A stretch of 64,000 bases of DNA from Octopus vulgaris (Eukaryota): NCBI GenBank assembly GCA_951406725.2, contig OX597834.1:15314001-15378000 (forward strand), read 5' to 3'. The notes under the pieces were generated by a model. It ran no database searches. It saw only the letters and a program-made list of their open reading frames with translations, and was not told the origin of the DNA. Made by a program: the position numbers and the translations under genes. Shown piece after piece: positions 1 through 14,081 of this stretch (its first letter is position 1; each line of letters starts with the position of its first letter).

Positions 1-213
1 TTGGCAGGATCGTTAGCACGCCGGGTGAAATACTTTGCTGTATTTCGTTTGCCGATACGTTCTGAGTTCAAATCCCGCTGAGGTTGACTATGTCTTAAAT
101 TTTTTCGGGGTCGATAAATCAAGTATTAGTTGAGTACTGGGGTCGATGTGATCGACTGTCTCCCTCCCCACAAAATCCAGGCCTTGTGCCTATAGCAGAA
201 ATATTATTATTAT
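1..213 (+). mobile_element. SINE family B, (ATT)n-tail variant
   Basis: TGGCAG..CGTTAGCACGCCGGG head, GAGTTCAAATCC B-box, GGGGTCGAT core, GGCCTTGTGCCTATAG tail, then ATT repeats. Confidence 0.82.
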
Positions 214-632
214 TGAGTGCATGCCATCAAAGTGACACTAGAGTAAAATATACGAAGCCCGGTATACCCATTATGACTACCCATCTGATAAGAGCACACT
301 AGGCACATGTATTACAACCATATGTGCGCGACATGGTGATCTCATATCAATGTAGCGCATGGCCTTGCAGGCGGGGCCCAGTTAGGCATTTCTTCGGGAC
401 GAGTAGCACATCCCGCTCAAAATGTCCCTGAATAAGGGTTGTTTAAAGATGATGAACAAAACACCCATGTTTCCAAAGTTCAATTATCCAAACACCAAAG
501 AATTCCTCTCAACACATGGCTATGATCTTCCCATATTACTTCTGCTCGTGATCAGAGATGCACATATCGTCAGGCACTAAGGGACAACTGGTTAGGTCAA
601 ACAACTGACAAGCAAATCTGTGGTGTTGAGCT
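214..632 (-). mobile_element. ~420 bp interspersed repeat abutting (ATT)n (retroposon 3' region or SINE-like)
   Basis: Second copy at 59544-59975; both begin directly after ATT repeats. Confidence 0.75.
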
Positions 633-1108
633 CAACGTGACTTTAAGTTTCGTGAGAGCATAGAACACGTCCATCTCATCAGATGTTCGAAGATATGTGT
701 ATGAGTGTGTGTGTCTGGTAATGCATGTATATGTACATATATGATAGCGATGAAACGAAAATGAATGAAGGATTCTTGTATATGTCAAGAACAATTATTA
801 GAAAGAAAAAATAGAAATAAATATTCCATGCCCACAAGAAAAAATTCTTTTACAATAAGAATGAAATCATGAATGAATCAGAAAGTGACACCTGATCGCA
901 TTTTGCTGATGATCTTAGATTTGAACCTGTAGCAAATCTGTGGTATTGAGCTCGACGTGACTCTAAGTTTCGTGAGAGCATACAACACATCCATATCATC
1001 AGATGTTCGGAGATATATGTATGTGTGTGTGTGAATAGGTGTGAGTGCGTTGTTATGTATGTATATGTACATATATGTTAGCGATGACACAAAAATGAAT
1101 GAAGGATT
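611..1108 (+). repeat. Diverged direct duplication (~165-180 bp; 611-774 and 931-1108)
   Basis: AGCAAATCTGTGGT..AAGTTTCGTGAGAGCATA..TCATCAGATGTTCG..AAAATGAATGAAGGATT twice. Confidence 0.88.
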
Positions 1109-1427
1109 GATATGCTCCTCAAGGTAGATATATAAGACTGCCTATATTCTTTCAGCTACCTTTTACAATTACTACACATACATATTGGATTGTAAGAAGA
1201 TAAATTATTCGTTTTTTTTTTATACATTTCTTTTAATCCTTTCCCATGTCATTTGAATTAACAAGAACATATTTTTTATCTAGTGTCTTATGCTTTTTGT
1301 TTTCCTTTATATTTTTGCAAGGCTTTTCTTCTTCTACAACATTTGTTTACCGTTTTTGGAATTTGAATAGGCTTTACTTTTCTTCAAACGATCGAGTATG
1401 TCTGAGAGCTAATGTATATATATATAT

Positions 1428-1492
<65 letters not shown>

Positions 1493-2099
1493 TAATTACA
1501 TTTTTATTTTGTAGTTTAGAAAACCTTGCTCTCTATATATTTTAGTTCAGCATCGTTTTCTAGAGAATTCTCTAAACCCAGTTCTGAATTTAACCAACAA
1601 TAAACACATATTTTGTTCGTTTCTAGACATACTGGGACCGAAACATGAGGCCTTTTGTCACCAACCGTTTTATATTTCTTTAACAAATACTATTTATGTT
1701 CGACGTCTGTAATCATCTCCAATCCCTTCTTAAACAGTTAGTTGCCACGTATTCATTACCAGCCATTCAAAACGCCCACAAAAAACACATATGTAGATAT
1801 AGACGTATATCTATGTGATTATGTATGCACGTATGTATGTATGTAAGCAAGTAAGTATTATGGTATATCCTATATATAGTTCATTCATTGATATTGGAAA
1901 TATCGTTTCATAGAAAAGAAACCTCATTGAAAGGAATTATTGGGAAGAATAATATATAAAAGAAGAGATAAAGAGGATAAAATAGAAAGGACTTGATTAA
2001 AAAGTAGAAAATATATTGTAAAATAGCAGTCAGTTCTCTGTCGTAGAGTAAATAGGAACGTATGTTACGAAAGGCACTTTAGATGCCCAAGCGTCATGT

Positions 2100-2133
2100 A
2101 TACTGATATACATATGTTTATATATATAATATG

Positions 2134-2168
<35 letters not shown>

Positions 2169-2416
2169 ACATACCCATATATAGAGATATATTGATCGAT
2201 AGATATATAGATGTAGACATATGTACATACATGTATATATATATATATACATGTATATATATACATATATATATATACATATATGCATACATATATATAC
2301 ACATATATATATATATATATACACATATATATATATATACATATATATACATATATACATATATATACATATATACATATATATATATACACATATATAC
2401 ATATATATATATACAC

Positions 2417-2449
<33 letters not shown>

Positions 2450-2562
2450 TATATATACACATATATATACACATATATATACACACATATATATATATAC
2501 ACATATATATACACATACATATATATACACATATATATATATACACATATATATATATACAC

Positions 2563-2597
<35 letters not shown>

Positions 2598-2695
2598 CAC
2601 ATATATATATATACACATATATATATATACACATATATATACACACATATATATATACATATATATATAACACATATATATACATATATATATAT

Positions 2696-2749
<54 letters not shown>

Positions 2750-2750
2750 G
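2100..2750. repeat. (TA/CA)n microsatellite field, representative of dozens across the window
   Basis: Similar fields at 3470-4100, 7640-8040, 8690-9250, 15720-16060, 16680-17060, 35330-35670, 36090-36680, 37150-37660, 47440-47910, 60835-61250 and 62565-63040. Confidence 0.95.
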
Positions 2751-2911
2751 TACACGTCACATGCTGTGAGGGAATATATTTAAATCGATCTATGTGCACA
2801 CTGCGCAAAATCTTATGTACATGTTTATAAAGAATACATGGATATCTAATATGAGTGCGTGTGTATCTATCTCGTATGTATTTATGCATACATATACCTA
2901 CACACATATAT

Positions 2912-3035
2912 AGGTGCAGAAGTGGCTGTGTGGGGAGAAGCTTGCTACCCAACCACAGGGTTCCGGGTTCAGTCCCAATCCGTGGAAACTTGTGAGTGAA
3001 TTTGGTATTCGGGAACTGAAAGAAGCACGTCGTAT
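2912..3035 (+). mobile_element. SINE family A, deleted 5' part
   Basis: Head plus GGTTCAGTCCC, with an internal deletion. Confidence 0.75.
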
Positions 3036-3049
3036 ATTTTAATTTTTTC

Positions 3050-3577
<528 letters not shown>

Positions 3578-3607
3578 TATTATATATATATATAATATAT
3601 ATATAAA

Positions 3608-4316
<709 letters not shown>

Positions 4317-4627
4317 TTTATTGTTCGTTATTATTTGATTGGATTCACTGTATATATACATATATATATATATATATCTTGCCGGACAGCAAATCGAGAC
4401 TCGGACGTTGCTTAGAAAATATTTTTCATGTTTAACCTCGTATATAGTACGTACTAGGGATTTTGACCTTAAAATTTGGGGGAAAAATGCGGATTATACT
4501 CTAGGATTTACGGTATATATATATATATATATATTATAAAAATAGGGTTCAGTAAAATAATTTACTTTACCACACACAGAACTTTTTAGAAATAGCAGCC
4601 AAAACCTTAGCTATTTCTTCTATTGAC

Positions 4628-4663
<36 letters not shown>

Positions 4664-5310
4664 GTAAGAGTGTGCGCGTGTGGGTGTATTAATATACGTG
4701 TGCATATGTACCTGTCCATGTACATTCATGCGTTTGTTTAAATGTATATCGCTGTACGCACATCTACATGTATATCGTGCAATTACTTTTGAATCGTATT
4801 TATGTGTGTGTGTACATCTGGAAGCCATCTCATATAATAAGTATATGCATTTATGTACGTCGCAGAATGTGTGGTTTTGATAGGATTGTAAGGGAGTTGG
4901 GCAGGCGAGCTCATAATGTAGAATTTATTATACTAGCCCCCAATCTAAATGTTAATGTCGCCATAAAAGCCATTAAATAGCTGATCGTTGTTCTACAGCA
5001 AATGCTTTGATCTAGGTGATAAATTCCAACTGACTTTATTTTGGCTTTATTTTGTTTTAATTCACGTCAATACACTTTATTAGGATTAATTGCCTTAAAA
5101 CTTACAGAAGATATAAAGTGTAAGATTTCAGTCTATGATTCTCATCGAATTTTTACCTTTGGATCGCTTTGATTCCTCTTTTACTCGGATAGACCCTCCT
5201 AGCAATTCGGTGTTTAAAAAAACCTACTACATTCATATAATGAAATATTGTTAGGAATTATGTAAAAATTTGTTGGAATAATTACACATTGTAGAAGTGT
5301 AACCAATATA

Positions 5311-5717
5311 TAGGCGTAGGAGTGACTGTGTGGTAAGTAGCTTTCTTACCAACCTAATGGTTCCGGGTTCAGTCCCACTGCGTGACACCTTGGGCAAGTG
5401 TCTTCTACTAAAGCCTCGGGCCGACCAAAGTCTTGCGTGAGTGGATTTGGTAGACGGAAACTGAAAGAAGCCTGTCGTATATATGTATGTATGTGTGTGT
5501 GTTTGGGTGTCTGTGTTTGTCCCCCTAGCATTGCTTGACAACCGATGCTGGTGTGTTTACGTCCCCGTCACTTAGCGGTTCGGCAAAAAGAGACCGATAG
5601 AATAAGTACTGGGCTTACAAAGAATAGGTCCCGGGGTCGATTTGCTCGACTAAAGGCGGTTCTCCAGCATGGCCGCAGTCTGAAACAAGTAAGAGAGTTA
5701 AAGAGTAAGAGTAAAGA

Positions 5718-5720
<3 letters not shown>
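5311..5720 (+). mobile_element. SINE family A, full length
   Basis: A-box-like TGACTGTGTGG, B-box-like GGTTCAGTCCC, ACCTTGGGCAAGTG, internal microsatellite, (AAGAGT)n tail. Confidence 0.9.
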
Positions 5721-5763
<43 letters not shown>

Positions 5764-5774
5764 GTGTGTGTGTG

Positions 5775-6152
5775 TTAAGGGTACACGTGTCTGTGCAGTA
5801 GTCAGCCACTTGCATGTTAATTTCACGAACGGGCTGTTCTGTTGACCGGATCAACTGGATCCCTTGGAGTGCAGTAGTGTTGCACATCCAGGTATATAAG
5901 AAAGTGCGCTGCTTAGCGGTTAGGGTATTCGACTCGCGATTTACGATTGTGAGTTCGATTCCCCGCAGCGCGTGGTGTCCTTGATCTTTCTTTCAAGATA
6001 TTCCGGTCTACTCACCTGGCAAAAATGAGTTCTACCTGTAATTCGCTGGGACAAACATTGTCACATTCTGTGTCGCGTTGAATAACCCTGAGAATGAGAA
6101 CTACGTTAGGAATACGCATGCCTGCGGTGTACTCAGCCACTTGCATGTTATT
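5775..6152 (+). mobile_element. SINE family D fragments (3' piece plus near-complete copy)
   Basis: GAGTTCGATTCCC B-box, GTGTCCTTGA, CAGCCACTTGCATGTTA twice; related to 17290-17578 and 38460-38613 on minus. Confidence 0.7.
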
Positions 6153-6184
6153 TCTATCTGCAAGCATTTCTATACATGTATATA

Positions 6185-6415
6185 TTCTTTTATTCTTATA
6201 TTCTTTTACTTGTTTTAATCATTTGACTGCCGCCATGCTGGAGCACCGCTTTTAAGGGTTTTAGTCGAAGGAATCGATTCCACGGCTTGTTCTTTGTAAG
6301 CCTAATACTTATTCTATCAGTCTCTTTTTTTTACGGGGACGTGAACACACCAACATCGGTTGTCAAATGATGCTGAGGGGACAATCAGAGACACAAAAAC
6401 GCACATAAATATATA
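6185..6415 (-). mobile_element. SINE family A, 3' half
   Basis: Tail and GCCATGCTGGAGCACCGC block on the minus strand. Confidence 0.75.
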
Positions 6416-6489
6416 ACTATATATATATATATATACGTTTAAATATTTGTTGTGCAAGATTTTTTATGTGAAGTCGTGTGTTGAAACAG

Positions 6490-6933
6490 ATATTGTTATA
6501 TTTCGGAATGGTCATTTTGCCAGTTTAGCCAATAAAAACACACGCACTATATATTTGGTGTTACTTTGCTTCAGTGTTATTTATTTTTACATTAATCTTA
6601 ATCTTATTTCGGCCAGAGTTCTTTCGTCACACTCCTGTGACCGCATCAGTGGTCCTTTGTTTTCTTCTCACTTATTTGTGTCTCTCCTTACTAACCGTCA
6701 GCCAGAAAAAATGGCTGACGGTTAGTAAGGAGAGACACAAATAAGTGAGAAGAAAACAAAGGACCACTGATGCGGTCACAGGAGTGTGACGAAAGAACTC
6801 TGGCCGAAATAAGATTAAGATTAATGTAAAAAAAAAAAATTAATAAATAAATAACACTGAAGCAACGTAACACCAAATATATAGTGCGTGTGTTTTTATT
6901 GGCTAAACTGGCAAAATGACCATTCCGAAATAT

Positions 6934-6941
<8 letters not shown>
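6490..6941. repeat. Long inverted repeat (~215/230 bp arms, 7-nt spacer)
   Basis: 6490-6704 is the reverse complement of 6712-6941 apart from one indel region and one substitution. Confidence 0.95.
6761..6805 (+). ncRNA. Candidate variant hammerhead motif (mirror copy at 6611-6655 on minus)
   Basis: GGACCA-CTGATGCG-GTCAC-AGGAGT-GTGAC-GAAA-G-AA-CTC-TGGCC; core differs from CUGANGA at A9. Confidence 0.45.
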
Positions 6942-6983
<42 letters not shown>

Positions 6984-7135
6984 TAAAATCAAAATGAGGG
7001 TGAAAAATTGGATATTAATTATATAACATCAATTTAACACCAGTGATCTAGCATATATAAAACTGAGATTCAGTAAATAGTATTTTATACATAAATATAA
7101 GGGTTTCCACATAGTGATTCCCTCTTATATTTATG

Positions 7136-7166
<31 letters not shown>

Positions 7167-7184
7167 GGAGAGAGGGAGAGATGT

Positions 7185-7327
7185 TGGGCTTCTTTCAATT
7201 TCCGTCTATCAGATCCCCTCACCAGGCTTTGGCTATTGAAGAAGATACATGCCCTCGCAGTGGGACTGAACCCGGAATCATTTGGTTAGAAAGCAAGGTC
7301 CTTGCCGCACAGCCACGCCTGCGCCTA
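7185..7327 (-). mobile_element. SINE family A, diverged 5' half
   Basis: GGGACTGAACCCGGAA...CAGCCACGCCTGCGCC. Confidence 0.7.
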
Positions 7328-7342
7328 TACATATGTGAGAGT

Positions 7343-7385
<43 letters not shown>

Positions 7386-7654
7386 TGCGTGTGTGTATGC
7401 GTGCGTGAACGAATGTGTGTGTGTTGGTAAGTGTCAGTACATATATATCCCCCTCTTTTTCACTCCAGTTATCTATCTATCTATCTATCTATCTCTATGT
7501 CTCTTTTACCTTCACTCTCCGTGTTTAAATGTGTGTGTTTGTGTGTGAGGGAGAGAGAGAGTGAATGAGTGCAGAGATAGCGAAAGAGAGAGAGAAAGAC
7601 AGGCAGAAGGCAGAGAGAGGAACATAAGTATACGCAACCTCACACACAAATCAA

Positions 7655-7686
<32 letters not shown>

Positions 7687-7694
7687 TACACACA

Positions 7695-7752
<58 letters not shown>

Positions 7753-8915
7753 TACACACATACACACACATACACACACACATACACACACATACACACA
7801 CATACACACACATACACACACACACATACACGCACATACACACACACATACACACACATACACACACATACACACACATACACACACACAGACACACACA
7901 CACACACACATACACACACATACACACACACACACACACATACACACACACATACACACACACATACACACACATATACACACATACATACACACACATA
8001 CACACACATACACAAACACTGACGCACACACATACATAGAACAGAAGCAAGCTTTAACTCTTTCTCTTTATCAATTTTAATCGGTTTTCTCCCGAAGCAT
8101 TCCACAGATTGTGGCTGGGGTTCATATTTAACTAAGCCAAGATACATTTAACCGATGCTCTCCATCTCTAATCTAATTTCACTCTCAGCTTCCAATGTTG
8201 TTCCAAGCAATTGTTGTTCACGTGCACAGCATCTCACTCTTTCTTGGAACAATATTCGCCAATTCCTCATATTGCTTCTGTACATACCAATTCTTATTGT
8301 TCGACACCGTTTAATATAATCTGATAAGGCACCGTTGGAAATTCTCTTTCTTTGCGGTTCTATACCTCACCTCCCACTGCACCTACCAAGTCCCCAACGT
8401 TGATAATGATATCACGCTTTGTTTCCCTTCAGCTAGCGAACTTCTGACTCCCATTCATTAGTTTTCGCTCCTTTTCGCTCTACCATTGTGTCTTTATTTT
8501 CTCTCATTTACCCCAAGGCAGTTTTTCGCGCTTTTTTTTCTCTTTTTTACTTGAAATTTTTTACTTACTTTCCTGTTTTTTTTTTGTTTTTTTTTTCATG
8601 AACCACAAACAGTGATCTTTATTTTATATTTATTTTCGATAATATACTTTAACACCGTCGTGCAATTTGTGTGTGTGTGTCTGGGGGTGTATTTATATAT
8701 GTGTATATATGTATAGAAAAAAAATATATATATATGCTTATATATATATATATATATATATATAGCTTATATCTATGTGCGTATATATATATAGATATAT
8801 ATATGCATGTATATATATATATATACACGCGTACATATATATATATATATACTTATATGTATGTGCATATATATAGATATATGTGCGTATATATATATAT
8901 ATATACTTATATATA

Positions 8916-8966
<51 letters not shown>

Positions 8967-9029
8967 GCGTGTGCACAGACACTCATGTATACACCTGAAT
9001 GAATATATATATAGAGAGAGATACTTATG

Positions 9030-9064
<35 letters not shown>

Positions 9065-10052
9065 GTATATATATATTTGCTTGTATATGTATATATATGT
9101 GTATATAATATATATATATATATATATATATGAACTATATGTATACATATATAGATATATATACGTATATATATATATTTGCTTGTATATGTATATATAT
9201 GTGTATATAACATGTATATATATATAAATATATATACATATGTACACGTGCGTATTTTATTTCTGTGCTATTGCAGTAATAAACGAATTTGTAAGGGCAA
9301 AGCTGGAATAAATACGAACCCTAAATACAACCTTTGTCATATCATATATGCATACATACATACATACATATATACATGTACACACACACACACACACACA
9401 AGGATGCACTTGCTCACTTCCACACACATAAGCACACATGCATACGCTCTTGTATATGCACTTTATCGCTGTCATATATAATTGTGTGTTTATGTGTACT
9501 TATTTCTCTATGTTTAGGTGTGTTTGTGCGTGTGTTTTTCACCGAATGCTTTCACGTACATTTGCCTTAGTTGTATAATTTACAGCTCCGTTGCCTTTCC
9601 TTCATTACTTCCTAATGTATTAAACTGTAAACTGCACCGTTTCTCACATTCTCTATGACACGTAGCAACTTTCTCATTTCGCTTCCATCTACACCGTTCG
9701 TGCCTCACACTTGTATAACATACACAATATTAAACTTATTTATGTTGCAAAAAGCACGTGCGCACATACACATTCGTACATACAGAAAACTTGTTACATA
9801 TATATATAAACATATATAAAAAAAGTCATTTGTATATATTACTTTCTTTTTTTTAGTTAATCAAATACAATTAGTTGTGTTATTTCTACGAGAAATTTAA
9901 TTTCTATGTTACACTTACCGCATAAGGTTATTTGCGCTCGGTTCCATATATTTCCTAAAAGAGATGCAGAAATAAAGGTGATGCTATCGAGGTCTGTAAA
10001 TTTACACTTGCACATACATACATACATACATCCATCCATACATACATACATA

Positions 10053-10127
<75 letters not shown>

Positions 10128-10344
10128 TTATTCGCATACACAGAAACACCAGCTGTTAACTGTAAGCTATAAAATAACTATTTCCAGCTTATCGAATTTC
10201 GATGTGGGGAAAATTTACAACCTTCTACGTCAATAAACTTCTACTGTTCCGAAAAGTTGTTTTTTATACTTTCTACGAACTGTTCGAAACTTACTAACTT
10301 CCTACGACTTGATCCTTGGATCTCACCCTTTAAATATCATATAC

Positions 10345-10700
10345 TCTTTTACTAGTTTCAGTCATTTGACTGCGGCCATGCTGGAGCACCGCCTTTAATC
10401 GAACATCTCGACCCCGGGACTTATTCCTTTGTAAGCCCAGTACTTATTCTATCGGTCTCTTTTGCCGAACCGCTAAGTAACGGGGACATAAACACACCAG
10501 CATCGGTTGTCAAGCAATGCTAGGGGGACAAACACACACACAAAACACATATATATATATATATATACATATATACGACGGGCTTCTTTCAGTTTCCGTC
10601 TACCAAATCCACTCACAAGGCTTTTGTCGGCCCGCAGTGGGACTGAACCCGGAACCATGTGGTTGGTAAACAAGCTACTTACCACACAGCCACTCCTGCG

Positions 10701-10704
<4 letters not shown>
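10345..10704 (-). mobile_element. SINE family A
   Basis: Near full length, with a ~35 bp internal deletion of the CCTTGGGCAAG block. Confidence 0.88.
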
Positions 10705-10749
<45 letters not shown>

Positions 10750-11448
10750 CAATGAATAGCTTATGACGAAACCATGGTATGCTTTGTTTCTCACTTTTTA
10801 ATCATTTCATAATAATGACTTTGATGACTTTTATTACTACCTCAGTCCATCTAAAGGTATATATCTATCGTTACCTTTCATAATGTGCATTTTCGTTGAT
10901 TTTTTTTATTTTCCCCTTACATTTCCACGTGTATTTTATATTTTTTGTAACATATTTCTACTATATATACATATATATATATATATCTCAGTGGCGTATG
11001 GCGGTTGTTGTATTGGGTAGGCTGCCACACCCAATGTCACCAAAACTCAAGCAGAGGTATAAAAAGAGATTTCCATTAACATTTCTGATTAAATTATTGG
11101 GTAAGGTTAACATTTATAATGAACTCGTAATTTACGATGGGTGTGCAGTGTACACCCGGAATATGCACATAGATGAGTGGGTGACGGGTTGTGGATATTG
11201 CTGTGTGTGCATGTGTGCAAAGTATGGGGTCATAGCAATGAAGGGAAAAGTTGTTTCACCCACTCAGTGTTAACGCATATTGAAAGTATAGTAAGATGAG
11301 AAATGGATTCGTGATATACTTTGGATATGCTTTAAAAGTGAGTGGGTGAAACAATTGACAGTCACGTCTCACATTTTGTTGACTGATCACCAGTGGAGAG
11401 AAAGCTAATCCTTTCTATCATCCGATAGTATATAATTTATTCAGCTAT

Positions 11449-11480
<32 letters not shown>

Positions 11481-11640
11481 TTATTTAATTTATATTAAAA
11501 TTTTATGTATTGATTAAGTCTTTTCTTGTTTGGTTTTAAAATAGTGGTTTTGTCTCGAATTATATTATATAATATTTTACTATAAAATTGGATTTAACCC
11601 TAAATCTGATTTTTCCCTGTAATTTTGGATTCATTCCTAA

Positions 11641-11690
<50 letters not shown>

Positions 11691-11693
<3 letters not shown>

Positions 11694-12090
11694 TCTTTTA
11701 CTCTTTTACTTGTTTCAGTCATTTGACTGCGGCCATGCTGGAGCACCGCCTTAAATCGAGCAACTCGACCCCGGGACTTATTCTTTTGTAAACCCAGTAC
11801 TTATTCTATCGGTCTCTTTTAACGAACCGCTAAGTGACGGGGACACAAACACACCAGCATCGGTTGTCAAGCGATTTTGGTGGGACAAACACAGACACAC
11901 AAACATATATATGTATACATATATACGACGGGCTTCTTTCAGTTTCCGTCTACCAAATCCACTCACAAGGCTTTGGTCGGCCCGAGGCTATAGTAGAAGA
12001 CACTTGCCCAAGGTGCCACACAGTGGGACTGAACCCAGAACCATGTGGCTGGTAAACAAGCTACTTACCACACAGCCACTCCTGCGCCTA
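11691..12090 (-). mobile_element. SINE family A, full length
   Basis: Complete head, core and (AAAAGAGT)2 tail. Confidence 0.92.
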
Positions 12091-12109
12091 TGTATGTATA
12101 TTAAATTTT

Positions 12110-12468
12110 ACCTTATACAGTCAGTAGACTGCGCCATGCCGGGGCGTCGCCTTGGATTTTTAGTCAAATGAACCGACTCCAAATCTTATTTTTTAATCCT
12201 TCTACTTATTTTATCGGTTCCTTCTGCAGAACCACTAAGTTACGAGGACGTAAACACACCAACACCGGTTGTCAAGTAGTGATGGGTGACTAACACAGAC
12301 GCATACATATAGATATATATTTCAATTTCCGTCTACCAAATCCCCTGACAAGTCTTTGGTTGGCCCGAGGCTATAGAAGAAGGCACATATCCAAGGTGCC
12401 ACGCAGTGGGACTGAACCAGGAAGCAAGTGGCTGAGAAGCAAAATTCTTACCACACAGCCACGCCTGC

Positions 12469-12472
<4 letters not shown>
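12110..12472 (-). mobile_element. SINE family A, older diverged copy
   Basis: Same blocks with many substitutions, in tandem with the previous copy. Confidence 0.75.
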
Positions 12473-12566
<94 letters not shown>

Positions 12567-12587
12567 AATAAATTTAGCTTCTAAAAT

Positions 12588-12803
12588 ATTCTTCTCTACT
12601 CTATGCACAAGGCCCGGAATTTGGGGGAGGGGGCCAGTTGATTAGATCGACCGCAGTATGCAACTTGCACTTAATCTATCGACTCCTGAAAGGATGAAAG
12701 GCAAAGTCGACCTCGGCGGAATTTGAACTCAGAACGTAGCGGCAGACTAAATACCGCTAAGCATTTCGTCCGGAGTGCTAACGTTTCTGCCAGCTTGCCG
12801 CCT
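12588..12803 (-). mobile_element. SINE family B, GGCCTTGTGC-tail variant
   Basis: Reverse complement of family B head and core with the second tail type. Confidence 0.85.
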
Positions 12804-12834
12804 TATCAAGCTTTTGAATATTATAGGAACTAAA

Positions 12835-13134
12835 AGGCGGCGAGCTGGCAGAAACGTTAGCACTCTGGACGAAATGCTTAGCGGTATTTCGTCTGCTGCT
12901 ACGTTCTGAGTTCAAATTCCGACGTGGTCGCCTTTGCCTTTCATCCTTTCGGGGTCGATTAAGTAAGTACCAGTTACGCACTGTGGTCGATATAATCGAC
13001 TTAATCCGTTTGTCTGTCCTTGTTTGTCCCCTCTGTGTTTAACCCCTTGTGGGTAGTAAAGAAATAGGTATTTCGTCTGCCGCTACGTTCTGAGTTCAAA
13101 TTCCTCCGAGGTCGTCTTTGCCTTTCATCCTTTC
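12835..13134 (+). mobile_element. SINE family B, Tx1-like tail, followed by a partial second core (13067-13134)
   Basis: GGCGGCGAGCTGGCAGAAACGTTAG head; TTTGTCTGTCCTTGTTTGTCCCCTCT...AAAGAAATA tail ending 13066. Confidence 0.9.
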
Positions 13135-13769
13135 AGTTCATTCTTGGTGTTACAAGGAGTTTTGTTGGTCCCTCGCTCAACTATACTCCACACATAATAA
13201 TCAAGGAGCAGCAGTCTGGGGAGTTCGGTGGCCAAATGTTAGGGGCAATGTGGAAGCAGAAATTGTCCGTCAGCCATGACTGGGTTTTCCTGCTTGTGTA
13301 GCAGTGAATAGAGACCTGCTTACCAGATATACGGTCTTTCAGCAGCCACCCTCTTGACCCAGGGCAGCACTACCTCTTCCTGGCACACATGATGTAGGCC
13401 TCCGCATTGAGTCTGAGGCCGTGTGGGAAGATGAGTTGAGGCACAACGTAGACATCATTAGTGATCACTCCAAACATCATGATGTTGACTGGATGTTTGA
13501 TTTTTATCCCTCTCTGTACATGTCCTCAGATTGCCCTGTACTCAGATTCACATCGATGTTTGTATTAGGGCTTCCGGTGCGAATGCCAAGAGTACAGCAT
13601 GTCGTTTCCAAATTTTTGGCAGAGCGAATTGCGTCATGGTGCTGTTTTTCTCGCAGACGTTACCCAACTGACCCTACTATACTATGTAGTCAACAAAATC
13701 AAAAATATACAAAGCACATGAGCGAAAATTAAAAATATCAAATAGCGACAATTTACCAATCGCAACCTG
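13135..13769 (-). mobile_element. Degenerate Tc1/mariner-superfamily transposon (transposase relic plus one terminal repeat)
   Basis: Minus-strand translation gives KHPVNIMMFGVI, IFPHGLRLNAEAY, WPPNSPD, LDYYVWSIVERGTNKTPCNTK with frameshifts. End CAGGTTGCGATTGGTAAATTGTCGC next to TA. Confidence 0.82.
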
Positions 13770-13804
13770 TATATATATGTGGGTATGTAAACACATACAT
13801 ACAC

Positions 13805-13864
<60 letters not shown>

Positions 13865-14027
13865 CAAAATTAGAAAATGGAGAAACATACTTAAATCAAT
13901 AAAACATCAACTATCAGATGATACCCAATCAATACTTTATTACACCATTACATATCAGTAAAGGCATTATACAAAATATAAAGTAAATATAAATAGACAA
14001 GGAAATAGAAATATAAAATATAATATG

Positions 14028-14081
<54 letters not shown>

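Noticed and set aside
4430-4516. Possible pogo/Tigger-type terminal repeat (..AGGATTTACGGTA)
   Set aside because: Only one end is visible, with no partner TIR.
8040-8640. Non-repetitive stretch that might be an exon or regulatory element
   Set aside because: No ORF or motif I can support.
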